UHGV virus genome: UHGV-0405561
Source of the DNA: a virus
DNA: 51,733 bases
Strand: one strand, 5' to 3'
Shown here: one piece after another, positions 1 to 9,409 of the stretch
Layout: the number at the start of each line of letters is the position of its first letter
Numbering within the stretch: position 1 is the stretch's first letter
The notes under the pieces: generated by a model
What the model saw: only the letters and a program-made list of their open reading frames with translations
Told to the model about the DNA's origin: nothing
The model's database searches: none
Translations under genes and position numbers: made by a program

Positions 1-2
1 GG

Positions 3-209
3 TTGACGGTGGAAATCGAGAAGGTCCGCGGAGAAACGGAAAAGGTCCGTGCCGAGACGGAAAAGGTTCGTGGCGAGGTAAAGGAAACCGAGGCTCGCTT
101 ACGGACTGAGATCGAAAAGGTCAAATACGATCTGCTCAAATGGCAGTTCGCCATTGCCTTTGCCCTCGCCGCGATCATGGCCAAGGGCTTCGGCTGGATT
201 GGCTTTTAG
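3..209 (+). CDS. DUF1640-like coiled-coil membrane protein, 5'-truncated at the window edge
   Basis: EKVRGETEKVRAETEKVRGE heptad-like repeats followed by a C-terminal hydrophobic segment (FAIAFALAAIMAKGFGWIGF). Paralogous (~91% nt identity) to the ORF at 51505-51733. A Rho-independent terminator follows. Confidence 0.55.
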   Translation: MTVEIEKVRGETEKVRAETEKVRGEVKETEARLRTEIEKVKYDLLKWQFAIAFALAAIMAKGFGWIGF

Positions 210-227
210 CGAAGAGAGAATATCATG

Positions 228-261
228 AAAAAAGGCGGTTCTTCGGAGCCGCCTTTTTTTG
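228..261 (+). terminator. Rho-independent terminator
   Basis: aaaaaaggcggttcttcggagccgcctttttttg: GC stem, loop, then a T-run, immediately after the stop at 209. Confidence 0.7.
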
Positions 262-268
262 TCCGTGC

Positions 269-285
269 GAACCTTGTTCACGGTG
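269..285 (+). promoter_or_regulatory. late-operon motif GAACCTTGTTCACGGTG, copy 1
   Basis: Exact 17-mer with an internal GAAC-N3-GTTC dyad, 47 nt upstream of the ATG at 333. One of six copies, all on the + strand and all about 50 nt upstream of start codons. Confidence 0.6.
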
Positions 286-332
286 ATTCATTTCCTTTCT
301 TCGGGGCATCATCCTGAAAAAGGAGGTTCGGC

Positions 333-530
333 ATGTACGTTGAAAATACCCATTATTGGGTTGAGGTTGTGCTGCGGCAGTTAAAGGGGTTTGTCCCCAA
401 GGGCGATCCTGTCCATTTTCACATTTGTTTTTCGATGGTGGGAGGGGAACCCACGATAGATTTCACGGCTGTTCAGGTTTTTGATGAGGGAGATCAACTA
501 CAACCTCAAACCGAACCCGCGATGTGCTAG
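333..530 (+). CDS. small hypothetical protein (65 aa)
   Basis: Strong Shine-Dalgarno (SD) sequence AAGGAGG 7 nt upstream of the ATG, and sits directly downstream of motif copy 1. No recognisable domain. Confidence 0.4.
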   Translation: MYVENTHYWVEVVLRQLKGFVPKGDPVHFHICFSMVGGEPTIDFTAVQVFDEGDQLQPQTEPAMC

Positions 531-854
531 AATCGGATGTTTCCCGGTGCCCATCCGCCTTCAGGCTCGCCGCAATCACGGCCACGCCAAAGCCGCCTCC
601 AGCCTTGCCGGACTTGCTGGCCGTAATGGCAATATCAAAAGCCACGGTCTGCAATTGGCATTGAGAATGAAAGGCTTCGGGGTTCCTGATCCGCTCAGGG
701 CCGTTTTCCTTAGCATGGTAGTACGGATTGATGAGCGCCCCAGAACCCCGCAACCGCGTCTGCGCGCCGTCATTATGGCGGCTCCTTGCTTTTCGAGTAG
801 GACGCCACAACGCATGTCCCATGTCAAGCGCCAGAGGCGCAGAGAGCTTTTCCC

Positions 855-871
855 GAACCTTGTTCACGGTG
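855..871 (+). promoter_or_regulatory. late-operon motif, copy 2
   Basis: ccGAACCTTGTTCACGGTGcg; 50 nt upstream of the baseplate gene ATG at 922. Confidence 0.6.
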
Positions 872-921
872 CGCCTTGCGCCCCGTTTGTGCCATACTCC
901 CGTAAAAAAGCAGGATGAGGT

Positions 922-1290
922 ATGGCGCATAGCACACGCACGTTGCTCCTTGATGGCGATTGGGACATCACGCTGACGAAGGCCGGAAATTTGGCTCTTG
1001 CCGAGGGCGACTATGCGACGGCGCAGAACGTCGCCAACGAATGCCGCCTGTTCACGCAGGACGCCTTTTTCGCACAAGATGACGGCATTCCGTGGTACGT
1101 CGCCCAGCTTGGCAAGCCGCTGGCCCGTTCCGTGGCCTCGTCGCGTATGCGCCAAGCGGCTTCCGATGTTTCCGGCGTCGTTTCCGTAGAGTCCGTGACG
1201 GTCGAAGACATTGACCCCGTAACCCGGATCATGGACGGAACCATCAGGCTGACCACGACGGAGGGAACCAGTGTCGCAGTTGACCTTTGA
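922..1290 (+). CDS. baseplate assembly protein (gpW/gp25-like or DUF2634-like)
   Basis: 122 aa, immediately upstream of and overlapping a baseplate J-family gene. Position and size fit the small wedge protein that precedes gpJ in P2/Mu-type baseplate modules. Confidence 0.55.
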   Translation: MAHSTRTLLLDGDWDITLTKAGNLALAEGDYATAQNVANECRLFTQDAFFAQDDGIPWYVAQLGKPLARSVASSRMRQAASDVSGVVSVESVTVEDIDPVTRIMDGTIRLTTTEGTSVAVDL

Positions 1291-2503
1291 TCCCAAACTT
1301 GGGCTGGTGGCCCCTGAAACCGAGTCCATACGCGAGGCCGTACAGTCGGACTGGCAGGGCGCGTTCCGGGACGTGGACGTTGAGCTGAACGTCGAGCCCT
1401 CCACCCCCGCGGGGCAGCTTGTGGATGCGGAAACGGCGGAAATCGAGGCGAAGAACGCCGAGTTGCTGTTTCTCTCCAACATGTTCAATCCGAAAGTGTC
1501 CGAGGGGCGGTGGCAGGACGCGCTGGGCTACATCTATTTTCTCACCCGTAAGATCGCGCAGCCCACGGTGGTGGAATGCTCCGTGACCGGGCTTATGGGC
1601 ACGACCATCCCCTACGGGGCGATGGCTCAGAGCACGGACGGCTATTACCTGCTCAATACCGGGGCCTTCACCATTCCCGAATCCGGCACGGCGACGGGCT
1701 ATTTCCGGCTTGCCGAGCCTGGGCCCATCCCCATTGCGGCGGGCAGCGTCACGAAAATCGTCACGCTCATCCCCGGATGGTCCTCCATCGTCAACAAATC
1801 CGCAGGGGTCGTCGGACGCGACATGGAGACGCGGGCCGAGTTCGAGTCTCGGCGTTACGCTTCTGTCGCCAAGAACGCCCACGGGACCGCTCCGTCGCTT
1901 TACGGTGCTCTTGCGGATATCGACGGCGTCATCGACTGCCGGGTGCTCGAAAACATCACCAATGTGGAAGTGGTCAAATACGGCGTTACGCTGGAGGGCC
2001 ATTCCGTCGCCGCGTGCGTCTACGGCGGGGACGACACCGCCATTGCGGAAGTCCTTTTTCGGAAGAAGGATGCAGGCTGCGGGACGAGCGGAAACACTGA
2101 GGTTACCTACGAGGATACGGAGCGTTCCAACGCCTACGGCGGGCCGCTCTATCACTACAAAATCGTACGCCCGTCCGTCGAAACGTTCTGGATACAGGTT
2201 AATCTCGTCAGCAAGTCACTCATGGCGGAGACGACGCTTGAGGCCGTCAGGCAGGCGGTCATGGACGATTTCCTCGGCAAGTCCGAAGCATCGGGAAACG
2301 CCCGCGTGGGGCTGGCGCAGACCGTGTATGCCAGCCGGTTCTATACGTCGGTCATGGCGGTGGAAGGCATCACCTACCTGAAGAATGTCAAAATCCGGCT
2401 CGGCGGGTCCCCTGAGACATGGTTGGACGTGGTGGACATCGACGCCGATGTGGAACCCACGCTGACGCTCGACAACATCCTCGTCAATGTGACGGAAAGC
2501 TGA
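1271..2503 (+). CDS. baseplate J-family protein (P2 gpJ / Mu gp47-like)
   Basis: 410 aa. Recognised from the overall Baseplate_J pattern and its position between W-like and I-like genes. Confidence 0.8.
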   Translation: MSQLTFDPKLGLVAPETESIREAVQSDWQGAFRDVDVELNVEPSTPAGQLVDAETAEIEAKNAELLFLSNMFNPKVSEGRWQDALGYIYFLTRKIAQPTVVECSVTGLMGTTIPYGAMAQSTDGYYLLNTGAFTIPESGTATGYFRLAEPGPIPIAAGSVTKIVTLIPGWSSIVNKSAGVVGRDMETRAEFESRRYASVAKNAHGTAPSLYGALADIDGVIDCRVLENITNVEVVKYGVTLEGHSVAACVYGGDDTAIAEVLFRKKDAGCGTSGNTEVTYEDTERSNAYGGPLYHYKIVRPSVETFWIQVNLVSKSLMAETTLEAVRQAVMDDFLGKSEASGNARVGLAQTVYASRFYTSVMAVEGITYLKNVKIRLGGSPETWLDVVDIDADVEPTLTLDNILVNVTES

Positions 2504-2510
2504 GGTCACT

Positions 2511-3158
2511 ATGGGCGCCCCCACATGGCTCAACATGGATGACGTTCCCGATATGCGGGAGGTGGATAACGTCGATTCGCTGGTACCGGATTCAATCCAG
2601 TCGCAGTATGCGGCGTCCGGGCGCATCGTCGCGCTGGTACGGGGATTCCAGGCCCGGATTGACGCCTCCGCGGACATTGACACCTTTTTTGAGAAGTGGG
2701 TGAACCTGCCCACCTGCGAGGGCTGCGCACTCGACAACTGGGGGCGTATCGTCGCGATCACCCGCGTTTTGCAGGGGCACGAGTCCGTAACTCCGGGATT
2801 CGCCGACCAGATCGTCTGGGACGACGCCTATTTCAAGTTCTTGCTCATGTACAAGGCGATGGCGAACATCACCGCCGCCGACGCCGGGCAGATCAACCGC
2901 ATGATGTCTATGCTGTTTCAGGATGTTACCTACGTCCTCGACATGCAGGACATGACCATCCGCGTCATCTTCGACTACTATCCCACCGACGTGCAGATCA
3001 CCATGTTCCTAGCCTACGGCCTGCTCAACCGGGGTGGGGGCGTCGGCTACAAATGGTATCGCATCAAGACCGATGAGACGTTCGGATTCGACGATCAGGA
3101 ACTGCTCCCGTTCAATCAGGGGATTTTCTCCCCCTACCGCCTGACGGAAGGATTTTAG
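2511..3158 (+). CDS. tail protein I-like (DUF2313 / Mu gp48-like)
   Basis: 215 aa directly after the J-like gene. Composition and order match P2 gpI / YmfQ family. Confidence 0.6.
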   Translation: MGAPTWLNMDDVPDMREVDNVDSLVPDSIQSQYAASGRIVALVRGFQARIDASADIDTFFEKWVNLPTCEGCALDNWGRIVAITRVLQGHESVTPGFADQIVWDDAYFKFLLMYKAMANITAADAGQINRMMSMLFQDVTYVLDMQDMTIRVIFDYYPTDVQITMFLAYGLLNRGGGVGYKWYRIKTDETFGFDDQELLPFNQGIFSPYRLTEGF

Positions 3159-3160
3159 AC

Positions 3161-4072
3161 ATGGCATATCCGCTGCATTTCTTTACCCAGCCGTTTTGTG
3201 ATGCTGGGGACAAAACCATTCCCACGGACGAACAACCCGCCGAAGGCCGCACCAGCCTGCCGCTGGGGTTCCCGCCGGAGACGCAAAAGCCCATCCGCGA
3301 CGGCGGCATCGCACCGGATCGCTGGGACTTCAACGGCATCCTTTACATGCTCTCCGCGCTTGCCTACTGGCAGCAGTCTGGGGGGCAGTGGAAATATAAC
3401 GCGTCATTTCCCTACGCACCGCCGTCGTTCTGCTATTATAATGATCAGCTTTGGTATTGTATCAAAGAGAATGGGCCTAAAACGGCGAATGCCGCTGTGG
3501 TTCCGGGAACAGACACGACGTATTGGGTTGATCTGCTCTGGTTCATTGCCGGAAAGAAATATTGTTCCCGCACGGGAAACACGATCCAGCTTACCGGGCA
3601 GTACGTTACCGGGACCGGAACGATTGACGAAGCCGGAGAATGCAGTTTTTCCCCCGTGGTCCACCAAGCGGACAAGCTCACTACGGCTCGAAACATTTCG
3701 CTCTCCGGCGACGTGTCGGGAACCGTATCTTTCGACGGTTCACGGGGAGTAACGATTTCCACGACAGTGTCCTCCTCCCTCCGCATGGTCCCGGATTGGA
3801 CGCGCATATCTACGTCTATCAATCCCATTGTGCCTGGGAGCTCCTATACCGTGCCGTCGAATGGGTATGTATGGGTATGGGCGGCGACCCGCGGTGTGGA
3901 CGAAATCTGCCAAATCAGCATCGCAGGAACGGTGTTTACCGGATGCTCAGGCGTTAATGATTGGGTTGATACAGCCATTCCCGTAGCCAGCGGTGACATT
4001 ATCCGATTCTCAGGCAACTGGTCGGAATTAACCCCTGGCGATAACCGTATGTTCTTTATCCCCGCGAAATAA
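3161..4072 (+). CDS. tail fibre protein (N-terminal baseplate-attachment type)
   Basis: 303 aa following the I-like gene. Thr/Ser/Gly-rich C-terminal part (TGTGTIDEAG..., SGDVSGTVSFDGSRGVTISTTVSS) typical of fibre shafts. Confidence 0.5.
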   Translation: MAYPLHFFTQPFCDAGDKTIPTDEQPAEGRTSLPLGFPPETQKPIRDGGIAPDRWDFNGILYMLSALAYWQQSGGQWKYNASFPYAPPSFCYYNDQLWYCIKENGPKTANAAVVPGTDTTYWVDLLWFIAGKKYCSRTGNTIQLTGQYVTGTGTIDEAGECSFSPVVHQADKLTTARNISLSGDVSGTVSFDGSRGVTISTTVSSSLRMVPDWTRISTSINPIVPGSSYTVPSNGYVWVWAATRGVDEICQISIAGTVFTGCSGVNDWVDTAIPVASGDIIRFSGNWSELTPGDNRMFFIPAK

Positions 4073-4082
4073 GGTGTTGCAT

Positions 4083-5678
4083 ATGGCGTTTAAATTTATT
4101 CGCACCGGAACCGGCGAGCTATCCGGCCCTTCCATGATTTACCAGATAGAGCAGGGGTTCGACGACACGGCGGCCTCTGCCGAGGAAGCGCGCAAGATGG
4201 CAGCAAATGCCGAAGCCACGGCGAATAAGGCGCTGGAGGAGGCTACCGAAGCAACAGCCGTGGCGGATGTGGCCCTGAAGACGGCTCAGGATGCGCAGGC
4301 AAGCGCAGGCGCGGCGCAAAACCGGGCGGACGAGGCGTGGAGCGCGGCGACCGGCGGGGGCGAATCCGCCGAGGCCGCCATGCAGCGGGCCAATGCCGCA
4401 TACGTGTTGGCGGACACGGCGAACGCCAACGCCCTGAGCGCACAATCCAAAGCTGACGCGGCTACCACAGCGGCGGAAGAAGCCACCACGTCGGCGGATA
4501 CGGCGGCTGCGGCCGCAACGGAAGCCACGGCAACGGCAAACGAAGCCATCTCCAAAGCGGGGACGGCGGAATTTGCGGCTCATCAGGCGTCTTCGGACGT
4601 ACAGGTGCTCAAGTCAATCATTGACGGATTGGAGAGCGCGACAGACGAGTTTGAAGCAGACAGCTATACTACGTCTCTTGATAGCTTTGTAAGCACCCTC
4701 GTAAAAAAATACATTACTGGTACGATTACCTCCGTTCTTCCTGGCGGCGTGTCCGCGCCATTCTGGTTCTACAACTGGTCTACGAATAATCTCACTAAAG
4801 TTTTTCAGTTTATCCAAACGGATACTGGAAAATATGGGCGTATCGGAACTCCATCGGACATTACCATGCGCGATGGAGAAGATACGTTTTACATTCAGTT
4901 CAAAAGTGGGACGTCTACTTCGGCAACGTCCGTAGCCGTTTCTTGCGCCGACAATGCGCTAACCGCTGCGGGCCAACGTGGGTTTACGTGGACAGTGACA
5001 TCCACTCCGGCACGGGGCCTTGTGGGGACGCTGGCGTGGGATGCCACCACACCCGACGGGACGGAAATCATCATTGGCAACCGGGTTGTCGCTACTGTCA
5101 CCGGCGGCAACGTGGTGGTGAGTGACGCTAGCCCTTTCCCCAGCACAAACGCGACTCTCGCACTTATGGCCGGCACGATTGCCGCTTCCTCCACCACACT
5201 CGAAATTTCTTTCGTTTGGACTTCGTTAGACGCTTCCGGGTGCACGTGGGATGTGTGGAATGAAACGGGGGATAAAGAAGGGGTCGTGCGTACGACTGGA
5301 GACCAGTCCATCGCGGGGACAAAGACATTCATTGGTGCGGTTCGGTTAACGGACGTTGCCGAAAAATTCCAAACGGTTTCGAGCGCAACAGGAACTGTTT
5401 CACTTAACCTCTCCGACGGCAACATTTTCTACCTAACTGCAACCGGCAATCTCGCGCTGGAGTTTGTCGGTCTGATTTCGGGTTTCGTCCATTCGGTTTT
5501 CATTCAGCTTACAAACGGCGGGAATTACACCGTTGCGTACCCGGCAAACGTGAGATGGCCCGAAAAGGCCGCCCCCACTTTGACGGAAAACGGGATGGAC
5601 TTGCTCATGTTTATCACTAATGACAACGGTTCTTCATGGGATGCTACCTACTGTCTTGATATTGGGGTTCCGGCATGA
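4083..5678 (+). CDS. tail fibre protein with N-terminal Ala-rich coiled coil
   Basis: ATG at 4083 with SD AAGGTG 6 nt upstream. N-terminal AEATANKALEEATEATAVADVALKTAQDAQASAGAAQNRADEA coiled coil, then a T/S-rich beta-type distal domain. Confidence 0.55.
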   Translation: MAFKFIRTGTGELSGPSMIYQIEQGFDDTAASAEEARKMAANAEATANKALEEATEATAVADVALKTAQDAQASAGAAQNRADEAWSAATGGGESAEAAMQRANAAYVLADTANANALSAQSKADAATTAAEEATTSADTAAAAATEATATANEAISKAGTAEFAAHQASSDVQVLKSIIDGLESATDEFEADSYTTSLDSFVSTLVKKYITGTITSVLPGGVSAPFWFYNWSTNNLTKVFQFIQTDTGKYGRIGTPSDITMRDGEDTFYIQFKSGTSTSATSVAVSCADNALTAAGQRGFTWTVTSTPARGLVGTLAWDATTPDGTEIIIGNRVVATVTGGNVVVSDASPFPSTNATLALMAGTIAASSTTLEISFVWTSLDASGCTWDVWNETGDKEGVVRTTGDQSIAGTKTFIGAVRLTDVAEKFQTVSSATGTVSLNLSDGNIFYLTATGNLALEFVGLISGFVHSVFIQLTNGGNYTVAYPANVRWPEKAAPTLTENGMDLLMFITNDNGSSWDATYCLDIGVPA

Positions 5679-6808
5679 TCCAAAAAATGTTTATGGGTAT
5701 GATGGGCGCATCTGACGTTAATCCATTTTCTCGTGAGCAGCAGTTCATCACCTCTGGAACGTATGAGTTTGTCGTCCCAAAGGGCGTGAAAGGGATTAAA
5801 GCTCTGGTCATCGGGGGGGGCGCGAAGGGAAAGACGAATGGCGTAGCAACCGGAGGGAAGGGTGGCGGTGTCATATCCGGCATCATCAAAGTAAGACCCG
5901 GAGACATCTTGAGTATCGCGGTAGGCGCGGTGTTGGAAAATGTGGGAGGTACGTCTGCGATAACCCGAGCTGGAGACGTGTTGCTGCAAGGCAACGGTGG
6001 AACGAATGCAGCCCGGGGAGGTACTGCGTACGCTGAGCTTGTGACGCTGCTTTCAAACTACAATGCTACGAGCTTGCCCACGGCAGTGTATAAAGGTTGT
6101 AGATCGTTCCTTGAAATGGCCGACGACGCATGGGCGTTTCATCCGGGGTTTTGGGCCGGGGGGAATGGTGGGGGATATAGTTCTGCATACGGTGCAACGA
6201 AAGGTAGTAGCGGAAAGTTGGGTACAGGTGGATACGGGATCGGCGGAACTGGCGGAACTGGGGGACTGAATGACTATGCTAAGACTTACGGTGAAAATGG
6301 CGGCGGAGAATTCGGGGGAGGAGGCGGAAGTCCGACAACCCAAGCTTACCATGCTAATGGTGGAGGTGGTGGCGGTAGCGGAGATGGCTTAGGAGGCAAT
6401 GGGGGTAGAGGTGGAGACACTGCTCTCGGCGGAGGCTTTGGAGGCAACGGGGGAACCGGTTTTGGAGCCGGGGGCGGTGGAGGCGGCGGCGCAAATCTGG
6501 GAGGTACTTCAGGTACGGCTGGGGCGGGAGGAAGAGGCGGTGGACCGAGGGGAGGAGCAGGGGGGAAAGGCAGCATTTATATGCAGGATAATAGCAATAA
6601 AGGAGGTGGAGGAGGCGGGGGAGGTGGAGGAGAATTTGGCGGCTACGGCGGCAACGGCGGCTCAGGCGGCTACAGTGGCCCAGGCGGTTACGGAGGAAAT
6701 GGAGGAAATGGAGGATATGGAGGAGACGGAGGAGACGGAGGTTCTGGAGGAATTAAGGTCGGAAACGGAGGCGCAGGTGGACCCGGAGCGGTCGTAATAT
6801 GGTATTAA
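5675..6808 (+). CDS. glycine-rich fibre-associated protein (Gly_rich PF12810-like)
   Basis: 377 aa. N-terminal globular part (TSGTYEFVVPKGVKGIKALVIGGGAKG), then about 230 aa of GGNGG/GGYGG repeats. Encoded by GGN-repeat low-complexity DNA at 6150-6800. Confidence 0.5.
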   Translation: MIQKMFMGMMGASDVNPFSREQQFITSGTYEFVVPKGVKGIKALVIGGGAKGKTNGVATGGKGGGVISGIIKVRPGDILSIAVGAVLENVGGTSAITRAGDVLLQGNGGTNAARGGTAYAELVTLLSNYNATSLPTAVYKGCRSFLEMADDAWAFHPGFWAGGNGGGYSSAYGATKGSSGKLGTGGYGIGGTGGTGGLNDYAKTYGENGGGEFGGGGGSPTTQAYHANGGGGGGSGDGLGGNGGRGGDTALGGGFGGNGGTGFGAGGGGGGGANLGGTSGTAGAGGRGGGPRGGAGGKGSIYMQDNSNKGGGGGGGGGGEFGGYGGNGGSGGYSGPGGYGGNGGNGGYGGDGGDGGSGGIKVGNGGAGGPGAVVIWY

Positions 6809-6827
6809 TGATATTAAGGAGGTAACT

Positions 6828-7457
6828 ATGCTTATCAATATCAAAACAAAAGAGCTCATCAACGAATCAGCTTTTCGGGGGCTGCACCCATCCATTTCTC
6901 TGCCTGCCCGTCTGACCGATGATGTTTTGGCAGACTATGGACATGCGACATACTCGTACACTGAGCCGCCGGACTACGATTCGGAAACGCAGACTCGCTC
7001 CGAAACCCCTCAGTTTGTCGAGGGTAAATGGCGTCAGGTATGGACTGTCGAAGATATTGAATTTACGTCGGAAGAATTGGCGGAGCGTCTTGTGCAGAAG
7101 AAGGCCGCAAAACTCTCTGAGATCAAGTCGGCTTTTGTATCCGCCGAAGCCGACGGCTACGTCGAGTCGTCGCTTGGCTTCCGGGCCGACGCCACGCGCC
7201 GAAGCATCGAAGACATCGACGGCTTGATCGATCTCGTCTCGTCCGGTGCGCTTCCGGCCCCGGTGACGTTCCGTGATTACGACAACGCCTATCATAGCCT
7301 GACCCTTGACCAACTCAACGTCTTGCGGCTGGAAGCCAAGGGGCGCGGCCCGGTGCTTTATGCCCGGAAATGGGAGCTTGAAGCCGCCGTGGAGGCCGCC
7401 GAAACCGTGGAAGCCGTACAAGCGGTGGATGCGGGGGCAGTCTGGCCCGGAGTCTAA
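6828..7457 (+). CDS. hypothetical tail-fibre-region protein (possible fibre assembly/chaperone)
   Basis: 209 aa, strong SD AAGGAGG. Last gene of the fibre operon before the next motif copy. Confidence 0.35.
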   Translation: MLINIKTKELINESAFRGLHPSISLPARLTDDVLADYGHATYSYTEPPDYDSETQTRSETPQFVEGKWRQVWTVEDIEFTSEELAERLVQKKAAKLSEIKSAFVSAEADGYVESSLGFRADATRRSIEDIDGLIDLVSSGALPAPVTFRDYDNAYHSLTLDQLNVLRLEAKGRGPVLYARKWELEAAVEAAETVEAVQAVDAGAVWPGV

Positions 7458-7504
7458 GCATGACCTATAGAGCTGGTCGCGCAAATTATCAACGTATAGA
7501 ATGC

Positions 7505-7521
7505 GAATTTTGTTCACGGTG
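7505..7521 (+). promoter_or_regulatory. late-operon motif, copy 3 (variant GAATTTTGTTCACGGTG)
   Basis: 55 nt upstream of the ATG at 7577. Half-site degenerate (GAAT) but TTGTTCACGGTG conserved. Confidence 0.5.
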
Positions 7522-7576
7522 GGTGACGCATGAGGTCACCCCTTCTATCCGCCGGGCGGCGTAGGCCGGGGGAGAT

Positions 7577-8443
7577 ATGGCACAGAGTTTCACGAAAAAG
7601 ACTATCGCCATCACCATCACCGTTTCTGGGGTGCAAAAACGCATCGAGGGGCTTGCCTGCAAATGCAGGGTGTCCAAACTCGGACTTCCTGACAAGAACA
7701 AGGCGTCCGTCTCTATCTGGGGGCTGTCGCTCGACGACATGACGGCGATGACTACGCTCTCTTACGGCCCGCTGAGGTATGCCTCGCGCAATCACATGAT
7801 CATCGAAGCCGGAGAGCAGGGTGGTGCGCTGTCACGGGTCTTTTCCGGAAACATCATGTCAGCTTGGGCGGACTTCAACAGCGCGCCGGACGTCGAAATG
7901 AAGTTTGAGGCTATGACGGGCGGATATGCCGCGCTGATCGCCCAGAGCCCGGTTGCGTCCTCCGGCACCGCGAAAGCGGCAGAGCTGTGTGGGCAGTTCG
8001 CCAAGGAGTGCGGGCTTTCGTTCGTCAACCAAGGCATCAATATATCGGTGGACAACTCCGTCTATTCCGGATCACCGCTCGAAAAGGCGCAGGCGGTCGC
8101 AAAGCAGGTAGGTGCCGATCTCATCATCGACGACGACAAGATGACGCTTCTTCCACGCGGTGAGACGCTGAAAGGCGGGAGCGTGGTGGTGCTCTCCCCC
8201 GAAACGGGAATGATCGGCTATCCCACCTTCACAAACAACGGCATCGCCGTAAAGTGTTTCTTCAACCCGTCAGCGCAGCGCGGGGGACAGGTGAAAATCT
8301 CTAGTATCGTGCCCAAATCCAGCGGAACTTGGCGCATCACCAAGGTCGATCACGATCTTTCGGCCTACGACCCCAAGGGTGGCCCTTGGGAAACCACGAT
8401 AGAGGCAACGCATGGCGCAGGATTCCTCGCGGGAAGTTTATAG
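7577..8443 (+). CDS. tail protein D-like (P2 gpD / Mu gpP family, baseplate hub)
   Basis: C-terminal TWRITKVDHDLSAYDPKGGPWETTIEA resembles the conserved W-ITRVEH-L...G-T motif at the end of P2 gpD. 288 aa. Confidence 0.55.
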   Translation: MAQSFTKKTIAITITVSGVQKRIEGLACKCRVSKLGLPDKNKASVSIWGLSLDDMTAMTTLSYGPLRYASRNHMIIEAGEQGGALSRVFSGNIMSAWADFNSAPDVEMKFEAMTGGYAALIAQSPVASSGTAKAAELCGQFAKECGLSFVNQGINISVDNSVYSGSPLEKAQAVAKQVGADLIIDDDKMTLLPRGETLKGGSVVVLSPETGMIGYPTFTNNGIAVKCFFNPSAQRGGQVKISSIVPKSSGTWRITKVDHDLSAYDPKGGPWETTIEATHGAGFLAGSL

Positions 8444-9143
8444 CGACGCAACGCTTGATACGCCTTCCTCTCCGTTCAACGTTCTGTCATTCTTGATGGA
8501 GAGTGTTCTCAATCAGCAGTTGAACACGGCCCTCCCCGTACGTGTGGACTCCTGCACGAAACCGGGGACGGGCGACGCAGCGGGGTATGTCTCAGCCACG
8601 CCGCTGATTTGCCAGCGCGGAGCCGACGGCAGGGCCCTCACCCCTGTGAGCATTCCGAAACTGCCGTTTTTCCGGCTCCAGTGTGGAAAGGCGGCGGTTG
8701 TCATCGACCCCCAACCGGGCGATGTGGGGCTTGCCGTATTCGCGCAGAAAGACTGTTCGACGTTGCAAGCCGGAAAGACGGAGCCCGAAGTTGCCGGGAG
8801 TTTCCGCCGCTTTGACATGAGTGACGGCTTTTATATCGGCGGCTTCCTCGGCGTGCCCCCGGAAACGTTTGTCCACCTCGACCCTGAGGAACAAACCGTC
8901 ACCGTGACCGGCCCCCAAACGGTGACGCTCAACGCCGACAAAAAAATCACGCTCAACGCCCCGCTGGTCGAAGTCACCGGGCGCATCGTCCAGACCGGCG
9001 AACGCGCGGAAGACGGCGGATCGTCCTTCACCGGCGGCTTTACGAATACCGGAGGCCGCATCACGTCCAACGGCATCGTCCTTGAAGAACATACGCACAC
9101 TGGCGTGGAGGCGGGGGACGACAGTACGGGAGAGCCCCAGTAA
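8412..9143 (+). CDS. baseplate spike protein (gpV / Mu gp45-like)
   Basis: N-terminal OB-like region (PVRVDSCTKPG...), beta-helical repeats (TVTVTGPQTVTLNADKKITLNAPLVEVTG) and a C-terminal EEHTHTGVE His-rich apex motif typical of gpV-type spikes. An alternative start at Met 8496 is possible. Confidence 0.6.
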   Translation: MAQDSSREVYSDATLDTPSSPFNVLSFLMESVLNQQLNTALPVRVDSCTKPGTGDAAGYVSATPLICQRGADGRALTPVSIPKLPFFRLQCGKAAVVIDPQPGDVGLAVFAQKDCSTLQAGKTEPEVAGSFRRFDMSDGFYIGGFLGVPPETFVHLDPEEQTVTVTGPQTVTLNADKKITLNAPLVEVTGRIVQTGERAEDGGSSFTGGFTNTGGRITSNGIVLEEHTHTGVEAGDDSTGEPQ

Positions 9144-9153
9144 GGGCACAAAG

Positions 9154-9189
9154 AATCCCCTCCCGGCGCAAACCGAGAGGGGGATTTTT
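9154..9189 (+). terminator. Rho-independent terminator after the spike gene
   Basis: aatcccctcccggcgcaaaccgagagggggattttt. Confidence 0.7.
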
Positions 9190-9191
9190 CT

Positions 9192-9212
9192 ATGCGTGAT
9201 TCTATGCGTGAT
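9192..9212. repeat. tandem ATGCGTGAT arm-type repeat (left of att core)
   Basis: ATGCGTGATTCTATGCGTGAT. The same dimeric repeat recurs at 9422-9442 on the other side of the tRNA fragment. Confidence 0.5.
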
Positions 9213-9321
9213 TTACTTTGTGTATAGGTGTAGTATATACCAGTCTGTACCATAAAAATGAGTTTTTTTAGCTGAATACGGGTATACGCTTAACCATGCA
9301 CAAGATTGGAAATCGTGTGTA

Positions 9322-9362
9322 CTCAAAAGGTACCGGGAGTTCGAATCTCCCCCTCTCCGCCA
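9322..9362 (+). other. att core: 3' fragment of a tRNA gene (T-arm, acceptor 3' strand and CCA; Ser-like acceptor)
   Basis: ccgGGAGTTCGAATCTCCCcctctccgCCA. No matching 5' acceptor strand is found upstream, so this is only the duplicated 3' end. Integrase lies immediately adjacent. Confidence 0.6.
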
Positions 9363-9370
9363 TAAATTTC

Positions 9371-9403
9371 AAGGGCTTGTTGAAATCCAACAAGCCCTTT
9401 TTT
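9371..9403. terminator. bidirectional terminator hairpin
   Basis: aagggcttgttgaaatccaacaagccctttttt, between the tRNA fragment and the integrase stop. Confidence 0.6.
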
Positions 9404-9409
9404 CGTATC

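Noticed and set aside
463-1488. 341-aa minus-strand ORF overlapping the baseplate W-like gene
   Set aside because: Antisense to confidently called structural genes. Arg/Ala-rich composition typical of wrong-frame reading in 60%-GC DNA.
1244-2155. 303-aa minus-strand ORF inside the baseplate J gene
   Set aside because: Antisense GC artefact (Arg/Gly/Pro-rich).
6346-6576. Proline-rich 76-aa minus-strand ORF
   Set aside because: Reverse complement of the Gly codon repeats.
6150-6810. Short periodic GGN/GGAGG nucleotide repeats resembling a repeat array
   Set aside because: Irregular period and no unique spacers. Explained by codon repetition of the glycine-rich protein.
9270-9362. Complete tRNA gene next to the integrase
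   Set aside because: No 5' acceptor strand (GGAGAGG) or D/anticodon arms upstream. Only the 3' T-arm and acceptor segment is present, so it is called as an att-site fragment.
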